This document shows positions 1 through 11,011 of a stretch of DNA of 64,000 nt, piece after piece. Source of the DNA: the human T2T-CHM13v2.0 reference genome, Homo sapiens; the NCBI RefSeq assembly GCF_009914755.1, contig NC_060938.1, one strand, 5' to 3'. A program made the translations under genes and the position numbers. Each line of letters begins with the position of its first letter. Within the stretch, counting starts at the first letter, position 1. The notes beneath the pieces are model-generated. The model was not told where the DNA came from and did no database searches. It saw only the letters and a list, made by a program, of their open reading frames with translations.

Positions 1-18
1 TTAGACTATAAATGTATA

Positions 19-215
19 TTCTACTTAGGGAAGAAAAATGTATTTTGTATGTGAGGCAGTGTGTGGTTGGCTGGATGGAAGCTGAGATTTTCTACCTCCA
101 CAACCAGACTTCCAGCACTGCATCTGCCAAATACCCTCAGCAGCTGGCATGAAAGGCAATAAGCAATGTTGAGTGGCTTTCTTCTTTTTTTCCCTTTGGG
201 TGTCTCAAAAGATTT
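19..215 (+). repeat. Local direct duplication, copy A (partner 1053-1254)
   Basis: Colinear with 1053-1254 from ttct(a/g)cttagg to tctcaaaagattt; 53-bp identical core 96-148 = 1134-1186. Confidence 0.95.
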
Positions 216-370
216 TTCTCTCATATATATGAAATAGGACCATATTTGTATCTCAAGTGAAATCATTCATGTCAGTTGCATGTCCTATAAGGTAATCCTA
301 GAAAGTGGTCTGAGGCTGGAATATGAGTTTTCTATTTTAGATTGAGAAGTTAGGGCTTAAGGCTGTAGGC

Positions 371-558
371 CAGTGATTCTCAAACTTTACCAGCCACCAG
401 AACCACCTTGTGAGCTTGTAAAAGCACAGTTGCTGGACCCCACATTCTGGAGCTTCTAATTCAGTAGGTCTGAGATGGGATCCAAGAGGCTGCATTTCTA
501 ACAAGCCCCAGGTGATGCTCATGCTGTGGGTCCTGGGACTACACTTTGGGAATCACTG
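371..558. mobile_element. MER5A-like hAT-Charlie MITE
   Basis: Terminal inverted repeats cagtgattctcaaa / tttgggaatcactg; internal 'ttcagtaggtctg...tgcatttctaacaag...ggtgatgct' typical of MER5A. Confidence 0.85.
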
Positions 559-1052
559 CTGTACATAGCTGGTGCCAGTGCTAAACTGAGGGAAGAAATA
601 ACACCAACTGATAGAAAGCTCTAATTTAGAATTATAATACTGCAGCAAGGTAGAAAATCCAACAGAAAGGGCAGAGATTTAAGACCAAGTCCATTGGGCT
701 GTTTATGTGCAATGATTAAAAACTGGGAAAATTTAAGGAAAGTCACTACAGAATATCTCAAATCTCTCTAAACACCCAGCACTTGTTGTTTGCTCTTTTG
801 CTCTGATGAATGCCTCAGGCAAGTATCTGTCAAAGGACTGTGAAGACATTTGTGGTTGTGAGTGCAGGACGCAGGCTTTTCAGAGCAATGTGCCTATCAT
901 CCCGTGTGGTTGGTAGAACTGATGTCTTGTTCCTTGTGCATGGTAAGACTAGGCTGAGGCAAAGAAGGTCAAAAGCCCTCACTTCAGAAAATTTCACACA
1001 GTGTGTTGCCAAACTGGCCCCTGAAATCCTCTTCTGCTCCACGAAGGGAAAG

Positions 1053-1254
1053 TTCTGCTTAGGAAAAAAAAAAATGTATTTTTGTGTGTGAGGCAGTGTG
1101 CAGTTGGCCAGACAGAAGCTGAGGCTTTTCTATCTCCACAACCAGACTTCCAGCACTGCATCTGCCAAATACCCTCAGCAGCTGGCGAGAAAGGAAGAAA
1201 GTAATGTTGAGTAGCTTTCTTCTTTTTTTCCCCGTTAGATTTCTCAAAAGATTT
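1053..1254 (+). repeat. Local direct duplication, copy B (partner 19-215)
   Basis: Alignment by eye to 19-215. Confidence 0.95.
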
Positions 1255-1557
1255 AGACAGTTGAAATAATACCCTTTCTGCTCCTTGCCCCTGCCGTAAT
1301 GTAGTCCATTTGTCTAAATTACAGACTTGGCAATTATTTGTGTGTGTGTGTGTGTGTGTTTTCCAGATTGAAAAAAAAAAAAAATTATCTCCACTCTGTG
1401 TGAAGGTGGCCAAGCAACAACAGACTCAGACATCACACATCTGTAGAGAAGAGGAGAAATTTGTTCAGTACCTGTAATGTGCTACACATTTGGTCCATAT
1501 CAACTTGTTTAATCTTCACCTCAGCCTTATGAGTTAGATATTGTCATGGGCTCCAGT

Positions 1558-2275
1558 ATTTTTATTTATAATTTTTACAAAATAGGCCAGGTGCAGTGGC
1601 TTACGCTTGTAATCCCAGCACTTTGGGAGGCCAAGACGGGCGGATCATCTGAGGTTGGGAGTTCGAGACCAGCCTGGCCTACATGGTGAAACCCAGTCTC
1701 TACTAAAAATATAGAAATTAGCTGGGGGTGGTGGCGGGAGGCAGGAGAACCGCTTGAACCCGGGAGGCAGAGGTTGCAGTGAGCCAAGATCGCACCACTG
1801 CACTCCAGCCTGTGCGACAGAGTGAGACTGTCTCAGAGAAAAGTAAATAAAATAAAATAAAATTTTTACAAAATAGTTTTAGATTTATGGAAGAGCTGCA
1901 AAGATAGTACAGACGGTTTCTATGTACTTTAGCTTCCTCTAACATTAACATCTTACATAAACATGTTGTATTTTTTTTTTTAAACTAAGAAATTAACATT
2001 GAAACAACACTATCAGCTCAACAACAGACTTTGTCCAGATTCCATCAGTTTTCCTACTAGTATCCTCTGCCTGTTCCAGAATCCCATCTTGGATACCATA
2101 TTACATTTAGTCTCCTCTGATCTGTAGCAGTTTCTTTCAATTTCCTTGCTTTTCATGACTTGGACACATTTGAAGGTCATTTTATAAAAAGTCCCTCCGT
2201 TTGGATTGGTCTGATATTTTCTTCTAATCAAACCTGAGGTTATAAATTTGAGGAAAGAAAATCACAGAAGTGATA
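1558..2275 (-). mobile_element. L1MC-like 3' end fragment, interrupted by an Alu
   Basis: 'ttttagatttatggaagagctgcaaagatagtacaga', 'aactaagaaattaacatt', 'ctgttccagaatcccatc' resemble the antisense L1MC 3' UTR. Confidence 0.7.
1585..1860 (+). mobile_element. AluS with ~30-bp deletion in right arm
   Basis: Starts ggccaggtgcagtggct, (TAAAA)n tail, 15-bp TSD aatttttacaaaata at 1570-1584 and 1861-1875. Confidence 0.97.
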
Positions 2276-2926
2276 TAATTGGTGGCCCCAGTTTGCAGAT
2301 GAGAAAATTGAAGTTCAAGGTGACTTAATAAGTTGGCCAAGGTCATCCATTTCAGAAACATTGTTATCTCTACTTTCTGAGTCGATGTTTATCAATCCCT
2401 CAAAAGTTCCCCATAGGAAGCATGGAATAAAAGGTTAATCACAGAGACAATGGGAAGAGACTGGCTTTAAGGATAAAGGCCTCTTTAGTAGGGAAATGAC
2501 TCTCAGAATTATCTTTACTTTTGCATGTTGCTCAGGTCCAGGGAGAGGCCATCTCCAGATGAATAAACAGTGGAAAAAAAAATAATTGTCACTGATCTAC
2601 AGATGTGGAAAGAGCCTGGAGGGGGTGTTCTGGGGTAGCATGTTACTTTGAAGATTAAACAATATCTAGGAGAACATTAGTTCAGCTATGTTTAGATTTT
2701 ACTAATTTGTCTGGGCTTTTTGTAAAAATGCAAACAACACTGAAGCTGTCGATCATAGACTTTATAGTGTGCTTATTTGCAACTGTTTCCCATTCATTAA
2801 CAGCTTACAGGGGAAACAATGATACTTTTTAAATGATTTGTGTGTTTTTACATGAGTCTCATTTAGCTCTAAAACAATTCATCAGATTTTCAAGCTGCTC
2901 CAAATGCCTCACTTAAAAACTTAGGA

Positions 2927-3004
2927 GTGAGCCGAGATCACGCCACTGCACTCCAGCCTGGGAGACAGAGCGAGACTCCGTCTCAAAAAAAAAAAACAAA
3001 AAAA
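2927..3004 (+). mobile_element. Severely 5'-truncated Alu (Y-like 3' end)
   Basis: gtgagccgagatcacgccactgcactccagcc...gactccgtctc + A tail; 12-bp TSD aaaaacttagga at 2915-2926 and 3005-3016. Confidence 0.95.
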
Positions 3005-3568
3005 AAAAACTTAGGAAACTGAGTCCCACGGTGGGCCAGGGGAATCAGTTGGTATTTCTTATGTCCCTCATCTAGCAAACGTTATCCAACTTTATCTTCA
3101 AGGAAATACCATGAAGCAGACATTAAAATCTCCTTTGAAATGCACAGCAGTGATGACTTGCCCGGGTTAGTGGTTTTAAATGGTGGAGGCAAGACTTGGA
3201 TGCAGCCACATTTCCAAAAACCCAGTCTAGAGCTTTCTCACTTCCACTGTTCTCTGCAATCAAGTAACATATTGTTTAGGGAAACATGTGATGACCTCAT
3301 AGTCTGAAACAAGTGATGAGTCAATCAATATCCAATGTATTGCCTCATACTAAGTTGGCACCTAAATGTTACCAACCCTTGGGCACATTTGCCAACTCTA
3401 TTCCAGTTGAGTGAGGCAGGGCATAGGAGTTCAAATGGGGTACTGAAATGGCTGTCTTTATTTCTTCCCCAGGTGGGTTAAAAAATACTCTACAAAGGAG
3501 ATATTTTTTTCCCTCATTGATTAGGTGATGCTTTTACTCATTCAACAAACGTTAGAAACTACCTGTGT

Positions 3569-3872
3569 GGCCGGGCACAGTGGCTCACGCCTGTAATCCC
3601 AGCACTTTGGGAGGCCGAGATGGGCAGATCACGAGGTCAGGAGATCGAGACCATCCTGGCTAACACAGTGAAACCCCGTCTCTACTAAAAATACAAAAAA
3701 TTATCTGGGCGTGGTGGTGAGCACCTATAGTCCCAGCTACTTGGGAGTCTGAGGCAGGAGAATGGCATGAACCCGGGAGGCAGAGCTTTCAGTGAGTCAA
3801 GATCACGCCACTGCACTCCAGCCTGGGCAACAGAGCAAGACTGCCTCTCAAAAAATAAATAAATAAATAAAT
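3569..3872 (+). mobile_element. AluY
   Basis: Diagnostic 'gatcacgaggtcaggagatcgagaccatcctggctaacac' and 'gaatggcatgaacccgg'; 13-bp TSD aaactacctgtgt at 3556-3568 and 3873-3885. Confidence 0.97.
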
Positions 3873-4004
3873 AAACTACCTGTGTATGAAACCATTGTTT
3901 TAGGTACTTTGAAAAACAAAGCAGATGAATTAGGTGAGTACAATTTTTAAGGCATGTATAGCTCATTCTTTGTACCGTGCAATGTATTGAATGATGTAAG
4001 TTGG

Positions 4005-4039
4005 GTGTGTGTGTGTGTGTGTGTGTGCGCGCACACACA
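4005..4039. repeat. (GT)n(GC)3(AC)n compound microsatellite
   Basis: Directly visible. Confidence 0.95.
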
Positions 4040-4189
4040 TTCTTCACATTCAGAGAACTGATCAGAGCCTTTGCGGAAGGGGTACTATTAGACAGGCCCG
4101 CAGTGATGAACATTTTGTTTTGTTCGTGCCAGGCAAATATCCCATCCTCATTACTCTCCTTCACTCTCAATCTATGTGGTTTTCATTGG

Positions 4190-4540
4190 AAAGAACCCAA
4201 CCCCAGGTTTAGGGTTAGGACAATGACACAATCCTGCACATTTGTATTTAAGGCTGGCCATGTGATCTAAGCCACACTGATGAGAATTGGCCCTGGGAGT
4301 TTTAGAAGTTTTGCTGGAAAGAGGTTGCCTTTATCTGCCACTATCTTTGCCATGATGATGTAAAGCCTAAGACAGAAACCAGCACGCTGCAAATTGGAGC
4401 CAAGCAGGGAGAATTAGATAGATTCTTATAAGTTTTATTTGTTTGACTAGCCTGAAGCTAGCATAGCTCTGGACTTCTTAGTCACCTGAGACAATCATTA
4501 AACTTCTGCCACTTGCAACCAAAAGATTCCAGGTTAATGT
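4190..4540 (+). mobile_element. Old MaLR LTR (MLT1J/K/L-like)
   Basis: 'ggccatgtgatctaagcc', 'cctgaagctag...ctggacttcttagtcacctgagacaat', 3' end 'cacttgcaaccaaaagattcc'. Confidence 0.6.
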
Positions 4541-4917
4541 ATGCCTGTAAGAGAGAAGGAAATTTAGTAGTCAATGATATAGATGAGGAGAAAGTCAAGA
4601 GTGTTAGCGGAAGTGACGAACGGCAGGAGTGGCTGAGAGGCTTGGCTTTTCAACAGTTGTTTGGGAAGTCATTCTGAGTTTAAAAGGTGTCTTCCTAAAA
4701 GCCAGACATTAAATATTTCTAAGAAAGCCAGAGATCGGCATCAGAATCATATTAAAACCTCAATATATTGAATGGATTTTCAATCTAGCAAAATCAATTT
4801 TGTTCTTCCTAATTTAATTTTACATGACTGTTAGAAATAACAGAAAAATAAATAATAGTCACTTCAACCTTTTTAAAGCAGTAACTACCCTCTTGTCTTC
4901 TCCATATCATTCCCTCA

Positions 4918-5249
<332 letters not shown>

Positions 5250-5298
<49 letters not shown>

Positions 5299-5402
5299 TG
5301 TGTGTATACGTGTGTATACATATATATGCATGTATATACATATGCATGTATATATACACATATATACATATATAAGATGAAGTCTTGTATATACATATAT
5401 AC

Positions 5403-5446
<44 letters not shown>
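5250..5446. repeat. Compound (TA)n/(TG)n/(TATACA) microsatellite
   Basis: Directly visible. Confidence 0.95.
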
Positions 5447-6197
5447 GCATTTTCCTTTATCATCAAAATGTATCACAGCTCCTGAGCTGTGTGTGTTTTG
5501 GCTGTTGGGTATAGATGTGTATGGTTTTATAAAAGTCATGCTGAGCTTAGTAGTGCAAACCTATATGTAGCACAGGTCAGGTGATTTTTTTGAATTTCCA
5601 GTTGCACCATGGTAGAGATTAGTTGTAGAACCTTTTCTGGGGGTGGCCAATTTGCTACTGGACGGATATGCCTTGATATCTGACAACAACTATAGCTTCT
5701 GTCTCTAAATACCTATTCTGAGTCAGACCCAATCAGTAATTCATTTAGTGACTATTTATGAAACATATTTATTAAGCACCTTTGATGTGCCTTTGGGGAT
5801 CTCATTTAATCCTCACGACAATCAAATGGAGTGGTTGTAAGGATTCATTAGTGCAGTGCAAATACCATACCTGGAATGGAATGGGACCAAATTATAACAG
5901 AAAGCAGTAAAATAGGGGACCCCCCAGACAAGCACCATCTAACATCTGGAATGGCCTGGAGCCCCCTGGGGTTGCTTCTTCGAAGATTTGCCTTGTAATA
6001 CTACTGAGTAGCCTCCATCCCCCAAATACACACAGGAACTTCTCTCTCTTATTGCAACCCAGATGGCTTCTTTGGTAGCCTGGTCTTCTCCAATGAGAGA
6101 CTCTGGCTAATAAAACATGTTATAAAAGTGTGACTTACTCTTTAAGACTTTCAAAGCCAAGGAGTAGCCATAAATCTAGGTGCAAATTAGAATAGGG

Positions 6198-6239
6198 TGA
6201 TATTTGGTGGAAGGCTAATGACATTTGGTGGAAGGCTAT
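6198..6239 (+). repeat. 21-bp tandem duplication
   Basis: tgatatttggtggaaggctaa / tgacatttggtggaaggctat. Confidence 0.9.
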
Positions 6240-7499
6240 TTTACTTATATTACACCCATGAAGTTTGGGATAATTGAGTGTAGCCTCAGAAACTGGCAGA
6301 GGCTCCAGCTTCTATTTAGTGTCTCTCTGCCCATCCTCCCTGTCTCTCCTCCATTTGCTTAATGCTTTCTTTTAAACAGCGGTACAAGGTACCCTTTTCG
6401 GGACTGTTAGTTTTTGGAATGTTTCACTTGGTTTTTCCCTTTTACAAACTAATTACAGTTGAAACTTTATGCTAAATCCAGAGAATGTGGTTCTGTTTGT
6501 AATAAGGTTTTTAATACATTAGTCTCTTAATCCTGGGTGACTTGATCAAGCTGCAATTCTTTCTTCGTGTGACTTCAGCACAAAGAAGATTTTGAATGGC
6601 AACCCACAAGTCTACAAAACTGTATATATTTTACCTTTTATTTTGTCTGTGTGAATTTTAAAATTTTTTCTTCCCTCCCCTCCTTCTCTGGATACATCAT
6701 TTCAGGGCAAAAAAAAAAAAAATATCTGGGGAAGGGTTTGGCTTAGGTCTGTCAAGCCTAAAAACCTTTAATCCTTCCCTCTGCTGTAATGAGTTTGAGA
6801 CTCTGACAATTTGGTTTCCCCCAAGCCTTGCTGGGTATGATCCAATCAATGTTTAATTTCCCAAACTGGCTTTGTGAGAAGATTTATTTTCTTGTGTTTG
6901 TCTTGCAAACAATATTTGTTCTAAACTCTGCACAAAACAACCAGCAAATGCTGATTTTTGAATTTATTTATTTATTTTTTTAAGAAAGACATTTTTACAG
7001 AGAGAAACATATACTGCTGAGATTGTGCCCACAAAGCCAGCCGGTGGAACCCAGTCTACCAGGCACTCTGAACACAAGTTCACCTGGCACCCATTCTCTA
7101 CTCACCTATGGCTGCCTTTATTCTGTGACAACTTTCCTTAGACAGAAAGGATCTGTTGGACAATTTTCTCTCAATTCTATTCTATATTGCATCAAGTTGT
7201 GCTTTGCCTCCCACGTCTGCCTCTCTGTAACCCATCCTTCAAAAGTCCACTGAACACCTCCTTGAGGTCTTCTTGTTCTTCAGTCTAATGCCCTGTCCTT
7301 CAAGGCTTATTGCTTCCAAGGAAATGTCCCCTCCTCAGACTCAAGGGCTGCATTTTACTGTATTTTGTGACATCATCTTCATCTTTCTCATGTTTTCTTT
7401 CTCCTTAATTACCTGGGGGACAGAGTCTGCCCCTCAGGGCCAACCAGAGTGTCTGGCTGACATAGAGGCTTAATACCCAATAACTGACTACTTAATTGA

Positions 7500-8340
7500 T
7501 AACATCCTCGCTTCTTAGATTTTTAAAATTATAACATTGTTTTATAAAAGACACATGTTCTCAAAATACGAAAATGTGAAAAACACAAAAAGTCTCCCCC
7601 AAAATGAAGTTACTAAAATGTCATCTGAAAAATGACTTTTGACAGTTGGTTCACGTTATTTCAAAACTTTCTCTAATGCATAAATAAAAGAAAGATGAAT
7701 AGATGAAAGTAGTTCTGGAAAAATGTACCATCTATCATCCATACCACTTTTTAGAGTTTCAAAAATAATTTTATTTGAACATAAAAGAAGCCAATATAAA
7801 ATTGCAGTAATTATTGAACTGAAGTTAAATATCTTTGTACAAGTCAGGTTAGTCATTAATAGCCAAGTTCAATTACAAAAAAAGAGCATGGCAAACAATT
7901 AGAAGTTGGGAATCATTGGTGTTTTATTATTTAATTCTTTTTAAAAATGCCATTAATATAGCCTTTAGACAGTATTTATGGATTATTTGCCATAAAAGAT
8001 AGAGGCACTAGCACAAATACGTTTCCTTCCATTCTCCATCCCCACCCGTTGGGATTTTTTAGTTATAATGTTGTTTTTATATTACCAAGGTTTATAACAT
8101 ATACATATACATAGAATATATATCATATTTAACTACAAATTTCAAATTTCCCTATTCCTACTTCAGTATCCTAGTGAGTTTAATTATCACTGCCAGTCCT
8201 TCTATTTTGTTTTTTTCTATTTCTAAATGTTTTATTTTTATCTCTCATTTTATTTCCCCAGGAAGATCTAATTTCTCAAATTCTTGGGTCTTTCAGAATT
8301 TTTGTATGTGACTTACACATGAAAAATATTAGGAAATACT
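7500..8340 (-). mobile_element. Ancient L1ME-like fragment
   Basis: AT-rich tract with motifs resembling antisense L1ME 3' end; boundaries uncertain. Confidence 0.4.
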
Positions 8341-9264
8341 GCTAAGAAGGAAATTCTTTTTTTATCGAAGGAGGAAAATAGATTAAGGAATTAGAAGTGT
8401 GTTGAGTCAATAAATTTAGGAAAAACACTAAAAGAAGCAGAGAAAATGCCTGCAAAGCCTTATATTCTGATGATCAGAATGACACGTGCACCCTAAAACA
8501 CAGCTGGAACTGAGCTAAGTGGGGACAAAGACTTGGTGAAGGCTACATTTTGTGGATGCCATTTCTGCTGCCTAGTCGGGTACCCTGTCCTCATTTAAAT
8601 GTATTTACATAGACACAAGGTACAAGGAAAATGGAATTTAAAAAGAAACAAAGTTACAAGGAAATGGAATAATTGTGATCTAGGTTGGAGTGAGAGGATT
8701 CCTTTGTTCATGTGATGAATAGGTAAAGAATAAGAACAATTTGATGTAAGGTATGATTACTCAAGCTAGTTCCATCCTACAGGATAAGATAGGGAGTTTG
8801 GGAAAGGACAATGGTTGAGGTTTGAAGGAACGGAATTTGACCAAATCCAGCTGGTGAATTAGGAACTATTAACACACTCTGACTGGGGCCATTGTTAAAG
8901 CAAAGGACAACCCAGTACTGAGAGACAACAAGGCCTTTAGGGGTTTGTTTGGCACACAAGTAGTAGCTCTGTGACTGGGTACAGTTTCGCACATTTGCTT
9001 CTGAGAGCAGGACTGTATACAACCAGGGAGTTAGGTGAACTGGGGTGCTTGAGACAGGTGCCACTTTTCCCCAGAACACTGTCCTCTAGTCTCTGACACT
9101 GACTTTTGTTGTAAAGAAACCTACAGCTAATTTGAATTTTTTCTTCTTTGAAGGCAACTAGCTTTTTTTTTTTTTCTCTGCCTTGAAACTCACAGATTTC
9201 AATTCCCGTCTTTGGTAAATCTTGGTGTTGTTCACCTCTGTCCCTGGAACCTGGTGCCCCAGTG

Positions 9265-9302
9265 AAATTCAAGTCTTTATATAAAATTCAAGTCTTCATA
9301 TA
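9265..9302 (+). repeat. 19-bp tandem duplication
   Basis: aaattcaagtctttatata / aaattcaagtcttcatata. Confidence 0.9.
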
Positions 9303-9984
9303 CAAATGAAGTTTTCTTGTATTATATCATTGTGTTTTTTCTTGTGGATGCTTATTATGTCATCTTGATCAGCTATGCTCATTATCTATACACAGAAACT
9401 TTCTCCCTATATGTGGCAACTTCTCTGTAGTCATTTTCATTTTTTTCCTCTTAAGGGACTATAGTTTTCCTAAGGACATTGTCTATGTTCCTGTATTTGA
9501 TTTAACTTTGTTTATTTCTCTATTTTATGACAGTTTCTAATGTTCCTTTTATTTCTATAATACTTTATATTCCCCTTGTATCCATTTTCCAGAGGTCTGC
9601 CATTTTTATTTATTTCTATTATCTTGCCAACTGTTATTTAATATCTCTGCTGTATCTCTTTCTTGAACAGCTTTCCAAAGACATCAATTATCTTTAATCT
9701 CCTCAAACTCTTTATTTGTGTCTAAAACTAATCCCTCCTTAAATAAATATTCTTTATCTGACTTGTCCTCCTCTTCCTCTCTCTTTTTCTTTCTTTTCTC
9801 ACCAACTTTTGAAAACCCTGATATTTCCTTCCTGGCATTTACTCATCTTCAAATAGTATTTTCTGGGTTAGTATTTTGTTGAATTATAGTATAGAGAGGC
9901 TATTTCTTATAGGCTCTCTAGAATTAGGTTGAAGCTATATGTGATTATTCATGTTGGAGTATCTCTATTTCTGGCATTCAGGTG

Positions 9985-10347
9985 TTTTTTTTTTAATTTA
10001 ATTTAATTTAATTTTACATCCCAGGATACACATGCAGGATGTGCAGTTTTGTCACATAGGTAAACACATGCCATGGTGGTTTGCTGCATCTATCAACCCA
10101 TCACCTAGGTTTTAAGCCTCACATGCATTAGCTATTTATCCTGATGCTCTCTCTTCCCCCGCCCCACCACCCTGACAGGGCTCAGTGTGTGTTTTTCCCT
10201 TTCCTGTGTCCATGTGTTCTTATTGTTCAACTCCCACTTATAAGTGACAACATGTGGTTGTTTGGTTTTCTGCCCCTGCATTAGTTTGCTGAGGAAAATG
10301 GCTTCGAGCTCCATCCATGTCCCTGTAAAAGACATGATATCTGTTCT
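9985..10347 (-). mobile_element. 5'-truncated L1PA 3' end (L1PA8-like)
   Basis: Antisense 3' UTR 'catgccatggtggtttgctgca...tcacctagg...ctcccacttataagtga...tccatccatgtccctg'; TSD remnant ttcaggtg at 9977-9984 and 10348-10355. Confidence 0.93.
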
Positions 10348-10955
10348 TTCAGGTGGTTCTTAAGCATTCAATGAAACCCCACAATGTGTGACTCCTTGTG
10401 CTATAATATGTGGATTCTGCTCCCTTCAAAACCTAATTCAATCTCCATCAGTCTTTCTTGGCTGGAGACAAGATCTCAGAAAATTTAGATGGCAAGTCTA
10501 TATGATTTTCCTGTTTCAATTCCACCAAACTTGCCATTGTGTGACACAAAACCAGTTCTAGAAAAACATTAACCTTTTTAAATTTCTTTTTCTTTTCCCC
10601 CTTGTGTATCATCCACAACTCTAGGTGTAAGGATCACCAGATGGCACTTTTAGGACTGTAAGAGCAACTTTTAGAGGGTTTTCACAGAAAACTGACTTCT
10701 GCTCAAAGTCTAAGGAAGTCTGTGCCAGCTTTCTCCATTCTTCAATATTTGGGTTCAAATTTTGTAATATTTGGCGAAAATTTCATGGCTAGTAGTTTGG
10801 AGTTGTGGCTATTTCTTTGTTGTGTTGAACACAACTAATAGCCACATCTGTCTTCTTTACTTTGAGTGTGTGTATGTGTGTGGTTTGTGTGTTTTTCTCA
10901 GAAGACAGAAATGCATTCCAGCTAGAATTATCTCCTCTGATATTTCATTATCATG

Positions 10956-10957
<2 letters not shown>

Positions 10958-11006
<49 letters not shown>
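10958..11006. repeat. (TA)n microsatellite, ~24 units
   Basis: Directly visible. Confidence 0.97.

Positions 11007-11011
<5 letters not shown>

Larger units (their letters stand above)
1470..2350 (-). mobile_element. MIR split by an L1M insertion (pieces ~1470-1557 and ~2283-2350)
   Basis: 'tttaatcttcacctcagccttatgag' on the left and 'ccccagtttgcagatgagaaaattgaag...ccaaggtca' on the right are consecutive parts of an antisense MIR. Confidence 0.6.

Noticed and set aside
54-126. miR-34/449-like AGGCAGTGT seed in both copies of the first duplication
   Set aside because: Only the seed matches; pairing to the downstream gcactgc is interrupted and does not give a continuous pre-miRNA stem.
39-1246. 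The two ~200-bp direct repeats as LTRs of a small element (TG...CA ends)
   Set aside because: Homology extends beyond the putative termini, and there is no TSD, PBS or PPT.
10132-10335. ORF resembling the L1 ORF2p C-terminus
   Set aside because: Degenerate end of a 5'-truncated L1PA copy; not a gene.
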